From NCBI GenBank assembly GCA_001643675.2, contig LSRY02000023.1, forward strand, positions 248,001 to 312,000: DNA of 64,000 nt. Direction: 5' to 3'. This document shows, piece after piece, positions 1 through 11,219 of the stretch. This DNA is from Monocercomonoides exilis PA203 (lineage: Eukaryota; Protista; Preaxostyla). A program made the translations under genes and the position numbers. How positions within the stretch are numbered: the stretch's first letter is position 1; each line of letters opens with the position of its first letter. Under the pieces are notes generated by a model, which saw nothing but the letters and a program-made list of their open reading frames with translations, did not search any database and was not told the DNA's origin.

Positions 1-746
1 GATTTACAGGAGATGAAAGTAATTCCACGGAACATTTGGATCAGCCTTCTGTCTCCTCTGTAGAATCCGTCAAACATTCAGCGGTTGAACAACAGATTAA
101 AATGCTTTCAACAAAAAAGCCATTTAGAGAAAGGAAGATTAGCGATGCTCAGACATTGCACTCGATTATTCATTCTGTTCAAGGAGATTTAACTTTGGGG
201 ACGAGATCGATGGATGTCGTAGATGAGAAGGAAACAGTGCTTGCAGTCGCAAAGCTGTTTGCGCATCTGCTTAAGACTGGAGATGAGCGTGTGCAGATGA
301 TGGAAGCAAATCTGTGTCCATTCACAATTTTTATAAAAAAGAGGGAAGAAGGAGAAAATGAAGTTTTTGTAATGGCAGAGGAAATAGAAGATGATACGAT
401 AAAGAATGCAATGAAGCGATGGAAAGCACCCGAAGAAAATAATGAAAATGCTAATGAAGAAAATGAACGAGAAACAGATAGAATAGAAAAATCAGTTGTG
501 TTCACTCTTGGATTAACGCTATATGAAATGATTGCAGGAGAGGAGCCTTTGAGCGAGTGCAACACAGAAGAAGCGCAGGAAATGATGAGAGATGGCGTTC
601 GGCCACTAACAGAAGGAATTGAAGGAGAAGAAATGGTTGAGCTGATGGAGAAGATGTGGGCAGATGAGCCAAATGACAGACCATTTCTGGATGAAGTGAT
701 TAGATCGTTAACAAGCTTGATACAAAGCAGAGAAGACGAGAATTGA
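1..746 (+). CDS. 3' end of a large gene ending in a degenerate protein-kinase-like (pseudokinase) domain; 5' part lies outside the window
   Basis: Kinase C-lobe remnants RWKAPE, EKSVVFTLGLTLYEMIAGEEP and MEKMWADEPNDRP; catalytic loop reads EANLCPFTIF (no HRD) and there is no DFG; stop TGA at 744-746. Confidence 0.7.
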   Translation, partial: FTGDESNSTEHLDQPSVSSVESVKHSAVEQQIKMLSTKKPFRERKISDAQTLHSIIHSVQGDLTLGTRSMDVVDEKETVLAVAKLFAHLLKTGDERVQMMEANLCPFTIFIKKREEGENEVFVMAEEIEDDTIKNAMKRWKAPEENNENANEENERETDRIEKSVVFTLGLTLYEMIAGEEPLSECNTEEAQEMMRDGVRPLTEGIEGEEMVELMEKMWADEPNDRPFLDEVIRSLTSLIQSREDEN

Positions 747-1720
747 TTGTCATTTTACAAATAATTTTATTTATCAATTATTATATTAGACTTAAAATTT
801 TACAACTTTATTTGTTTAATAAAAGATATATTATGTGTATTGTTTGAGTTATTATTGCATTTCATTTTTTTCCCCCACTATTGTATGCAACTAGTTTTTT
901 TATAAGCACATCAAAATTTTTATATATGTTTTTATAAAAATTTTTACAATAATAACCTTATTTATCGAAGAACTGCATCTGAATATTCAAAATTATCTTT
1001 TTGTTGCATTCTTTTTTCATTGTTGTTCAGTTATATGTCATCATTTTAATAATTTCATATTTTTATCTTCTTTTTCATTTTATGCCTTATTTTTATTTTA
1101 AAATTTCAAAAATCGTTTTAAATTCGAAAATGCAATACTTTTTGAGCTCTCCTCTAGTTGAATTTTTTTCTTTCTTTGTTTAATGCATTTTTGTAGTGAA
1201 GTAAGTAATGTATTTTGGCCTGTTTTTTCTGTTTGTTTTTTTATCGCATCTTGATTTTCTTTCTATAAACAACAATTTTGAGATTGATTTTTCGTGAATG
1301 AAGTCGCTTTACATTCAACATTTTTTCATCCTTTGTGTAAAGTGTATTGATGAACTTTGAATCTCTTTTGAAAGATAATCAAATAATTCATGCATTTATT
1401 CGATCAAGAGGAGTTGAAAAATAAAATAAAAAGAAAAATTAAAAAAACTCACCAAATTATCACCTCAATTCTCTCTATTGTTTTTCTGGCAGATTGGAAA
1501 TATTTCACAGTTCAATTTAAAATATGATTGCTAAATAATACGGGCATGTTCTATATTCACAAAAAAATTGAACAAGGTCCGAAAAATAAACTATATCATG
1601 CATAACTTACAAAATAAACGAATTGTCTTCACAAAAAAAGTGAAAACCTTTTATCATCAACAACAAAGAAAGAAAATATATCAAAAATATATTGACACAC
1701 AAAAAAAAAACATATTCCAT

Positions 1721-4700
1721 TCATAAATATCGAAGTATCTCCACATTCTCCTCTCCAATCAGTCGCGCCAGTATCTCTTCGCCACTGTGCCTCCTTTTTT
1801 GCCTCCGAAGTGAAGACTCAGTTGGCTGCAGATACGACTTATCTGGCGAGACAGATTTAACAGACGAACTTACACGAGTAGATGCAGACATTCCACAAGA
1901 TGAATAATTTCTTCCAGAATCTGCTGTTAAACTGTTGACTTCATTGCTATTCTCAGCACATACATCACCAGCAGACTGCTCGGAATTAACACACGAAACA
2001 GATGTTTGATATGAAGTTGGACTAACGCCACGAGGATGTGCACAATTTGAAGACAAGAAATATGCTGCATATGAAGAAGAGGAAGAAGGTTGCTGTGGAG
2101 GAGGTGGTGGAGACAACTGCCGTGAGAGCGGTGTGTGTGGAGGCTTCACAGCTGCACGCTGAGGAATAGCCACAAAAGGGGCTGGCGCACCAGCCAAAGG
2201 GCGAAGACCCGACTTTGAGGTCTTTTTCTTTCGACGGAACTTCTTTGGATGCGAAGAAGATGTTGAGGAAGAAATGGCAGGAGAAGAAAAAGGCCTGCTC
2301 AGTTGACGCTGTTCCGGTTGGCTGCTGTTTTCATTCTGGTTGGATGATGCTTCTGTGGATTGATTTTGAGAGTAATCACAGGAAGAAGAAGAAGGCGATG
2401 ATGATGAGAGAGAATATGCGACTGATTTCTCAGTGGATTGACTGGAGTTTAGCTCTGAAGCTGCTAATGACTCGGTGAATGAGTGAGGTATCTCCATAGA
2501 AATGCTATTGCTCATTGAGTCAGATTGCATTGCCAGCAAAGAAGAAGGTGAAAACGAGAAAGTGCAAGACGGAGAAAAGCTTATCGTTGCCTTTTTGCGT
2601 GTTGTTGTTTGAGGAGCCAGCAGAATCGAAGAGGAAGTCGGTCTTTTTGTGGAGGAAACAAGGGTGACAGACGTGACAGGTAGATTCGGAGGACGAAAAA
2701 TTCGAACATCCTTCTTCTTTTGTACCTTCTCCAAAGACGACGAGTCGTTCTTTGTGTTGATCGAGCTAACTGGTGCTGACGCTGGCCTCACTTTGTTCAT
2801 TGCTTCAGGTAATGGTAATGCAGAAGAGTTTTCTTCCGCAACAACCTTTTCAGATGCATTTCCTTTTGTCTGTGACTTGTTTGCTTCTCTTCGAAGTTCA
2901 GCAATTGTCTCATCATTCTGATATGTAGTTGCATCCGATGAATTAACGTTGTCTATTTTTTCTTCAGTCATTGGTTGATTATCTGGTTGCTCAATAGGAC
3001 TAATGAAATCTGAAGTGTTTGAAATACCACGAAGCAACTGAATATTTGAATCAAGATGCAATTCTTCCTTTTCTACATTTTCTCTCTCCTTTTCAATTTC
3101 TTTTCCACCTTCCCTTTCTTCTTTTTTATTTTCTTTATCTTCTTCAAGTTCAATATTTCTTTCTTTTTCATCATCATCTCCTCTTTTTTCTTTAGTCTCC
3201 GTTGGTAAAATCGGTTCAATCCTTTCAGTTTCTAAAAGCAGGTCATTTTCAGAAGCAGAAATAGAAAGATGCCTTTGGTTTAGATCTTTTGCATCATGGT
3301 CTTCTGATCCGCCTTTTTTGACTTCCTCCTGCTTCGATTGAATTGGCTGCTGCTCTATTAATTGAGGAGAATCTGAAGAAGAAGAAGAAGAAGCAGTAGT
3401 TGAAGAAGACGATGAGCTTTGCATTGTTTTCTGTGCTAAATGTGTTTGCTTCTTTTTGATGGATTGCTTACTTATATTTCGACTTTTTGTAGAAGCACTT
3501 TGCGGTCGCGATCTCGTTTTCTTTTCGTCCAAGTGATTGTGTTGGCTGGACGTTAAAGGCTTTGCTGCTGGATGCTTTCTCGCTTGATGCAGTGCTCCAG
3601 AATGACGACCTTGTTGCTGATGCTTCTTTGACTTCATGAAATGATCAGGTTTGATCAAAGGTGAAGCTGTTGAAGCAGATTCGGGTTTTGAGTTTGTGTC
3701 AATTTGAATGGCTTTCTGTTGCTGAAAGGTTACACCTTTTTCTTCAATAACTTTCTCTTTTTTTGCATCTTTCAAAATCTCGAGCGGTTCTTCCATTGAT
3801 ATTTTCAAAGAGGAAGATAATTCATGAGAAACAACTGATTTATCTGGTGATGAATCCAAATCGATTTCTTCTTTGATTGATTCCACAGGAAGGTTCAATA
3901 CACTTTGCACACAATCAGCCACAGTTGGAGTGCACATTAATTGTGAAGCAACACATTCACTTTTCTCATTGTCTGATGAATTGCTGCTATTCCATTGTGA
4001 TCTATCAGCATTTGGTGCTTTCAATAAATTATCGTTCTCACTTGCTTTGCTGCCATTAGCATTGATATCAAATCTGTCATTTGATTCGCCATTCATTCGA
4101 TTGTCTTCTTCTTTTTTGCTTCTTCTTGAACTTGCACATGCAAGTGCATCATCACGAACTGAATCGATCGGCTGAGGAGAGTCTGACAGAAGTGTCGAGG
4201 CAGCTTTTGCAGGAAGCAGAAACGACAAATCAATCGATTGCACTTTTTGTGTTGTTTTGCTTTGATTTGGATATAAGTCATCATTTCCGGATGTGGAACA
4301 AGATGAATTTGGGGGACTTTTCTCGTTCTTATTGCCTTCAATTAAACACAGTGCACTTCCCTGTTTACACATACGTGGAGTGTCAAGTGAATAATGCGAA
4401 TCTTTCAGAATATCATTTGCATCATCTTGATCAACTTCCACTTTTTCCTCATCTTCTTCTGTCTCATTCCTCGTCTCTTTCTCAGCATTCTCTTCGACGT
4501 TCCTATCTCTTTGCTGCTTCTCTGTCATTGCTCCATCAACAAACAGAGCTGATCTTGACGATCTGAGTGTGTGTAGATGCTTTCTCGATGTCTGCCACGA
4601 ATGGAAGGTGGTAAATGTGCTCCTTGAGCTGCACAAGTTTCCACTGGGTTGAAGCCCATGAGACTTACACTGCTGAGGAGACAGGCCGTCTGTGAACTCA

Positions 4701-6370
4701 ATCTGTTTGAGCTTCAGCGGAATGCGGCGTGAAGGCGATGGGGAACGGTTAGGCGGAGCATACGAAGGAGAAAAGGCAGGCTCAGCTTGGTTGTCTGAGG
4801 AAGAACGTTTTGTGCTGTCTGCTTCAGGAAGGTTGTGTGAACTGAATGAGAGACATTGATTCTCACTTGGGGAAGATGGCACACGCAATGAAGCATTCAA
4901 AGAGGATGGATCAGAAATCGAAAGACGTGGCGAAGTGAAAGATGAGGAAAAGGAGGAGGAACGCTGTGTCTTCAGTTGATCGGACGAAACGAACTTTTTC
5001 GGGCGAAATACAGAAGGAACAATTGGAAGAGCAGAGTTTGTGCCGTCTGTTGCATCTTTGAGCGGATAGTGCTTGCAGCTTTTTTCTGTGTGTTGCATTT
5101 CTCTCTCCCTTTGAGACGATTGATTGAATCCTTTCTGGTTCAAAAGCATCATCGGAAAGGGAACAAAATGTGTTGAAGAACGATTGCCAGCTGATGGCTT
5201 TGTTGAATAGCTTGCTGATCGTATGCGTGATTTCCTTCTGATTGCACTGCGACGCAAAGCTTTTGGTGCAACAGCAGTATTAGAAAGCGGATCGCAAGGA
5301 GTAGAAGAAGCAGAACAAGGAGAGGTTGAAGTGAATTGTGATGAAAGAGAAGACTGAGGAAACGAGGAAGCGACTCGTGCTGAATACTGAAGGCGTTTCA
5401 ACGGATGAGCAGGTGAAGTGTTTGTTTGAGCATCTTCAGGCATTTCTTCAGACTGTTCATTCAGATTGGCGAATGAAAACGAGGAGGAAAGAGAAGACAA
5501 AGAGGCAGACGAGCCAAGAGAAGGTCCTTGAACAGAAGAATTAATATTTGAAGATGTCCATCCAGATACAGCGTCGCCTTCTTCCTGAAGCATCGAGCTT
5601 GATTCAGATGTGGAAAGAGCAGGAGAAAGCTGGCGGAGCGATTCTGAAAGCCTGCGGTTTCTGTGAGGTGTGGAATGAGGTGAATGATGTGGCGTGGAAG
5701 ATGCAGAGTGAAGTGAGGCATTTGATATTACGGAGTGAAGAAGAATCGACGGAGACAAGCTTTCGCGTGGGGTGAACTGCGGGGTAAAGTATGCACTGTG
5801 TAGTGGAGTGGCAGAGGCTGAGGAAGTTTGACTGTTGAGTCCTAATGAAGGCAGACTTGAGTGAAACAATGGCTGCTCTTCGATGGAACTGATTAATGGT
5901 GGTGTGTTACACAAGGAGTTTGTGCCAGCCGAGCGAAATGTGAAGCCAGACTCGTGATAAGAGTCTGTTGAATAACCTTCCATCAATTGCGAGAGGCTTG
6001 AGAATTCTTGGTCGGGCTTTAAACCTATTCGTTGTTCATTTACTCGAAAACGTTCAGTACTTAACTGTTCGTCATTTTTTCCTTTTTTTGTCGATCGTTC
6101 TGACAAAACACGAGGTGTAAGCTCGATACATTTCAAAGTTTCTTCATCCTCATTAATAAAAGAAAGAGGATGAGGAGCTTCTTGCGGAAGGGGATATGGC
6201 AAAGGCAGAAAAGAGTTTTCATAATCTGACATTGAGTCATCTTCAGAAAGTCGTGATCTCTGAGTTGGAGAAAACGATGGATTGCGTTTCCTTTGAACGA
6301 GAAACGATTTTTGTGGGATGGGAATTGGCTTAGCTTCTCTAATAATGATAAAAAGAACATGAAAATACAT
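1721..6370 (-). CDS. Large Ser-rich, probably disordered hypothetical protein (~1500 aa); 5' exon structure unresolved
   Basis: 4.6 kb uninterrupted ORF; a possible upstream exon at ~6491-6677 could not be joined unambiguously; no globular domain recognised. Confidence 0.7.
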   Translation of the reverse strand: MYFHVLFIIIREAKPIPIPQKSFLVQRKRNPSFSPTQRSRLSEDDSMSDYENSFLPLPYPLPQEAPHPLSFINEDEETLKCIELTPRVLSERSTKKGKNDEQLSTERFRVNEQRIGLKPDQEFSSLSQLMEGYSTDSYHESGFTFRSAGTNSLCNTPPLISSIEEQPLFHSSLPSLGLNSQTSSASATPLHSAYFTPQFTPRESLSPSILLHSVISNASLHSASSTPHHSPHSTPHRNRRLSESLRQLSPALSTSESSSMLQEEGDAVSGWTSSNINSSVQGPSLGSSASLSSLSSSFSFANLNEQSEEMPEDAQTNTSPAHPLKRLQYSARVASSFPQSSLSSQFTSTSPCSASSTPCDPLSNTAVAPKALRRSAIRRKSRIRSASYSTKPSAGNRSSTHFVPFPMMLLNQKGFNQSSQREREMQHTEKSCKHYPLKDATDGTNSALPIVPSVFRPKKFVSSDQLKTQRSSSFSSSFTSPRLSISDPSSLNASLRVPSSPSENQCLSFSSHNLPEADSTKRSSSDNQAEPAFSPSYAPPNRSPSPSRRIPLKLKQIEFTDGLSPQQCKSHGLQPSGNLCSSRSTFTTFHSWQTSRKHLHTLRSSRSALFVDGAMTEKQQRDRNVEENAEKETRNETEEDEEKVEVDQDDANDILKDSHYSLDTPRMCKQGSALCLIEGNKNEKSPPNSSCSTSGNDDLYPNQSKTTQKVQSIDLSFLLPAKAASTLLSDSPQPIDSVRDDALACASSRRSKKEEDNRMNGESNDRFDINANGSKASENDNLLKAPNADRSQWNSSNSSDNEKSECVASQLMCTPTVADCVQSVLNLPVESIKEEIDLDSSPDKSVVSHELSSSLKISMEEPLEILKDAKKEKVIEEKGVTFQQQKAIQIDTNSKPESASTASPLIKPDHFMKSKKHQQQGRHSGALHQARKHPAAKPLTSSQHNHLDEKKTRSRPQSASTKSRNISKQSIKKKQTHLAQKTMQSSSSSSTTASSSSSSDSPQLIEQQPIQSKQEEVKKGGSEDHDAKDLNQRHLSISASENDLLLETERIEPILPTETKEKRGDDDEKERNIELEEDKENKKEEREGGKEIEKERENVEKEELHLDSNIQLLRGISNTSDFISPIEQPDNQPMTEEKIDNVNSSDATTYQNDETIAELRREANKSQTKGNASEKVVAEENSSALPLPEAMNKVRPASAPVSSINTKNDSSSLEKVQKKKDVRIFRPPNLPVTSVTLVSSTKRPTSSSILLAPQTTTRKKATISFSPSCTFSFSPSSLLAMQSDSMSNSISMEIPHSFTESLAASELNSSQSTEKSVAYSLSSSSPSSSSCDYSQNQSTEASSNQNENSSQPEQRQLSRPFSSPAISSSTSSSHPKKFRRKKKTSKSGLRPLAGAPAPFVAIPQRAAVKPPHTPLSRQLSPPPPPQQPSSSSSYAAYFLSSNCAHPRGVSPTSYQTSVSCVNSEQSAGDVCAENSNEVNSLTADSGRNYSSCGMSASTRVSSSVKSVSPDKSYLQPTESSLRRQKRRHSGEEILARLIGEENVEILRYL

Positions 6371-7119
6371 TTAAAATGCAAAAAAAGTTTCTTCACACTT
6401 TTCTTCACTTTCTGAAAAAAGAACAATACACGATGCGCATAAAAAATTCAAAAATTAAGTGGTATTTAAAATGAATAAGAGTTATCAAACCGAGCAATTC
6501 TCGAAGAAATTTGAAACTTTTTGTTCCATCAAGTTGTTCCTCTTGAAAGTCTGTGGAAAAAGTATGAGTGAGTCTTCCAACCAATGAAGAAGAAGAAGGA
6601 GATAAGGGCGCTTGCTTTAATGTGCTGTATTTCTCTGTAGACTTGAATTTAGAAAATAATGAGCGCGGACAAGTCATATCTGAATTCACGCTTTAAATAA
6701 CTTCTAAAAAAATTGTTTAATAACTCAAATGGATATTCTTGTATATTTCAGTGGCAAATATATTTTGTTAATAAGAATTACTTTTATTTAAAAAAGTTAT
6801 AGCCTTTTTTTAACAAATAAAAAATTAAATAAAAATTCTTAAGGGACTAAAAACAACATACACAATATCGAAAGATGTTAAAATTATAAATGTTGGAAAT
6901 CAGATAATTCCAGATAATGTAGTCATTCTATTAAAAATGTTTCAACTTCGATCATTTTCTTGAATTAAAAGACTTTCATCCTTCAAGCTCAATAAAGTTG
7001 TTGAATTAGCTGAATATGAAAGCAAGTTCAAACACAAGGCAGAAAGGAAGTTGTTTTAAAAGACATTTGTTGAAGATGCTTTATATAAGCCAAGCACAAA
7101 CACTTTTCTTTCACAGTTT

Positions 7120-7726
7120 TTATTTTATTGCCTTTAGAATCTCGAGCAGCCTGTCAATTCCTTCTGTACGAGATGCTCTGTCAGACAATCTCTGTGCAGT
7201 CAAAGGAGTTGCAGAAGGTGTTGAAAAGGACTGGGTAAGCAGCACATTGTTCAGTGATGTGGGTGCTCTTGCATAAAGCTCGTTGGATGAAGTGACATGA
7301 TTTGACTGCTCTTGCAGTGAAGTTGGATTTGCTGCTTCATTTCCTCTTCTCTGCTGCTCAAGCAATAAAAGCTCTTCTGCCAATGAATTACTCGCCTCTT
7401 TGTTCTGCGGTGTTGTTGATTCTGTGCTTCGCTGGCGCCAAGACTCCGACAAAAGGGCTGTTCTGTCTCTGTGCTGTGCATTGTGTGGCTGGCTGGTACT
7501 TCTCTTCAGTGGTATTCCAATTGTGCGCGGAAGAAGCGAGCGAGGCGATTTGGTAGATGAAAGCGCATCTTGGCTGATCCCCTGGCTGCGAGAATGAGTT
7601 GCCTGCTGTTGTGTCTGCTGCTGCTGCTCTTGTTGAGGCAATGAATCGCTTTGCTCAGAAGTTCTTTGAGCAAGTCGCTTTCTCAGAGATGCAAGAAGCG
7701 AAGCTGATGAAGTGGAAGAAGAAGAG

Positions 7727-7757
<31 letters not shown>

Positions 7758-9147
7758 GCACAGTAGAAGAAAACAAAGGCGAAGCAAAAAGAGTCTGTGA
7801 AAGTGACGAGACTTTTCTGTGATGTGTAGGCGAAGAGCGGAAAGGCGGGTCAGAACACGAAGGCGGAACTGGAAGTGCATTTGCTGGCTGAGCAGAGGCA
7901 ATCGCCATTGGCGACAAGTTGAGTCTTGTTTGTCCGCTGAGGGTGTCAGAGACTGAAGAAGAAGAAGAAGAAGTTTTGTGTGGTGTGTCTGCTGTGTGTG
8001 ATGCTGGGGCTATGGATGAAATGGATGAAGTGAAGCGGCTGTTTGTTTTTGATTGAAAATCTGCATTGCTTGTTGGAAGTGTTTGGTAGGCCACAGCTTC
8101 TGTTGGTGGCAGGAAGGACAATATAATTGTGGGAGATTGGCTTTGCTGGGTGTAAGACGAAGAAGACGGAGAAGAAAGCAATATCGTCGGGGGCCGTTGC
8201 GGCGAAGTGAATTTTGTCTGATCTCTTTCAAACACAGTATCCTTCTTTATATCCAAAGTGTTATTTCCAAACTCTTGTTTTGAGTTCATGTCTTGAATGG
8301 TTTTTGTCAACCTATCAATTTCTTCAGTCAGTTTTATGTGTTCCTTTTCCTGTTCATCTCCTTTCGCTTCGAGCTGTTGTGTCAGTTTTTGTATTTCAAG
8401 CTTCAGCTTTCCTTTCTCATTATTGTGCTCTTCTTGAAGTTTGCTGATTTCGTTCTTCAAACAAGCATTTTCTTCTATTGTCGCTTGAAGTTTGCTTTCA
8501 TATGTTTCTTTGAGTTTAGTTTGCTCCATTTCATGCTTTTCAATTTCCTCTTTCTGCTTTTCTTCTAATTTTTGAAGACTATCTCGAATTGACTGAATCA
8601 TATCTTGTGTTTGTATATTTTTTTGAGCAACATCATCCTCTAATTTTTGCATTTTCTCTTCTTTTTCTTTCAGTTCTTCTGTTTTATGTCTTACAGATTC
8701 TTCTCTTTCTGAAATGGTTTTTTCTCGCTGACTTATAGTATTTTCCATTGTTTCCAAAATATCTGAAAGAGTAAGATTTGAAGGAATGAGAGAATCAATA
8801 AATTCATCTAGTTCCTTTCGAAGGGAATGCAGCTTTTCAAATTGTTCAGCCTTTAATTGAAGATAATTTGAAAAGAAAAGAAAACTCAATTACATTAAAA
8901 ACCTTCGAACTGGAAGCTAAATTCGATGATTCACTCTCTTGCTCTGCTTCAAGCATTATCTCATTTAATTTATTGCTAGTTTCAACAAGTAAATTACTTA
9001 TGTGCTGAACCTGTTCATCTCTTTGTTTTCGAAGAAAACGAAGTTGATTTATTGAATTTTCAATCTTAAGAAGTGTAAAAATTACATGAAAATACTACAT
9101 TCATATACACAAACTGTTTCAATAGTCCCACTATCGGCCACAGACAT
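7120..9147 (-). CDS. Coiled-coil plus Ser/Gln-rich hypothetical protein, 3 exons
   Basis: ATG 9147 (MSVADSGTIET); GT-AG introns join in frame to IENSINQLRF...SSK and then AEQFEKL; E/K/L-rich heptad-like N-terminal half. Confidence 0.75.
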
Positions 9148-9298
9148 CAAAAAATTCAAAAACGTAACAAGAATTAATTTAAAAATAAAATATAATGGTA
9201 TAGTAACAAAAAACACTTACATATAAGCATTGTAACATGAGAAAGAATTGTAAGTTTCAAAATTAAATTTGAAAAAATGAAACAGTTCACGCAAATTT

Positions 9299-11151
9299 TC
9301 AATCCTTGGCTGGCAATAAATATTTCTGATAAAGATCCATATATCTTGAAAACAAATGAGAAGTTAACAAATTAACATATTTCATAATTCAAAAAAAATA
9401 TTTCGCAAACTGTGTTACATCAGCCAACAATTCTTTTAATTTTGTCATGTACTGTTCATCAGAAGATACAGGCATTTCTTGAAGAAAAGCAGGAAGTTTT
9501 AGAAGAAGTCGTAGAAGATGCTCTGAACCACAAGTGTCTGACGGCCACATAAACAAAGGTTCCTCCGAGTTTTCTGCCAGTTTCTTTGTTTTCGCTGCAA
9601 TTTCACTAAAGAAGAACTCCACTGCAGCTTCACTCGGAAGCGTACTCTTGGCCTCTTGAAATAATTGAATGAGTGATTTTTTCTGAGGTTGCGTGTCTGA
9701 TTCTTCGCTAACACTAACACTTGCACTTGTACTCGAACTAGAACTAGAACTTTCACTTTCGATTTCATTCGAATTATGACTTACTCCATCACCTGCACAT
9801 AATTTGGCACCAATTTTTTGGTTCTTCAGCATCTGCTCGCAGGCGTGTTCGTATGCATCCACCTCCTGCTCCATAATCAGATAAGGATCAACAAAATCAT
9901 CAAAATAATGTCTCAAGTCTTCAGCGAATGTGGAATAAGCCAACAAGTCAAAATGGCTTTCAGATGAAGTGTCGCTCTCTTCGAGCTTCTTTAGCTGTTG
10001 TTCTTTGTGCAGCAGATACCCAACAAGAATCTCTGTCACAGTAGGACTTCGCGGAAATGGAGATATCTTTCAAAAAAAAATCATAATTATTACAAAAAGC
10101 GTTAAATACTCTCATGTTATACACATAAAAGAAACAAGTTATACCACTCCTTTTGTTGATACTTCAACAAAATTTCCAATGAAAAATTGCTTCAGAGACG
10201 GAGTAAGTATGTATTTAACAATATCTTTAGTCTAAAAAACATATTCAGCACAACAAAAAGCATATAATTTGTAAATTAAAAATTAAAAATAGAATTATTA
10301 TCCGTAGGAGTATTTCTAAATAATTCTTCAAACATCCACTTTTTTAGAAGAAGATTTTGACTTTGACTGTAATGATTTTCTCTTACTACTTCCTGATCCG
10401 AATTTATTTTTCTCTAAATCTTTTTTATCTTCATTTTCAATATTATCTTCCTGAATATTTATTTCAGTTTCTTCATCATCTTCTTCGTTCTGCTCATCTT
10501 CTTTCTTCACCTTCCCTGAAGCATGATTTTGCAACGATGCATTAACTTTTGTATCTTCACTATCCATTTGATTTCCAACTGTTGACGATTTTCGAGAATT
10601 AGTGTCACGCTCTACAGTACGAATAGTTTTTTCATTCTCTTCAGTTGAATCATAACTACTCGTCCGAGACTCCTTTATCCGTTTTGTGTCCTTTTGATCT
10701 TTTTCTTTAAGAAATTTACATGTCAAAAAGGAAAATTATAAATGAAATATTTTTTGTCAAAAAAAGCCATTGAACAATAAGTTAGTCCCTGGAGCAAACT
10801 TGATGCAGATAACATCCTTTTCTTTTTAGAAAATAGTTTTCCTTCACCGGAATGCTCTTCATCTTTTGATTCATCTGTTTGTGATTTTTTCTTTTTTCCT
10901 CCTGCATTCTTTTGGTCTCTCGATTTTTTCACCGCTTCATTGTAAATTTTTGTTGAAAGTTCTCTGTTCTCAGCAGTATCCTTAAGAAGATTCGAAGGTG
11001 GGACCCATTCATCGTGATTTGAACTCCATCCATAATAATGAACTTTATACTGCTTTTCACTTCCTTCCCCTCTTTCCCCCATCACAACAGCTTTATAATA
11101 ACAGATCCCAGATTTTGCATGGACGACTTCTTTTAAATCAAAGTGTTCCAT
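9299..11151 (-). CDS. EAF3: MRG family chromatin protein (MRG15/Eaf3): chromo-barrel plus MRG domain, multi-exon
   Basis: N-terminal YKVHYYGWSSNHDEWV chromo barrel; C-terminal PSDTCGSEHLLRLLLKLP MRG signature and LRHYFD; last intron splices to ...DVTQYMDLYQKYLLPAKD* (TGA 9299-9301). Confidence 0.88.
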
Positions 11152-11219
11152 GAGAAATTTGAAATATAAATTGATCTGTGCAGTATAATAGATATCATTC
11201 AACTGATCAGCAATAAAAA

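Noticed and set aside
9389-9410. ORF-track C-terminus FAKYFF of the MRG gene
   Set aside because: Reads into an intron; splicing gives a better terminus ending at 9299
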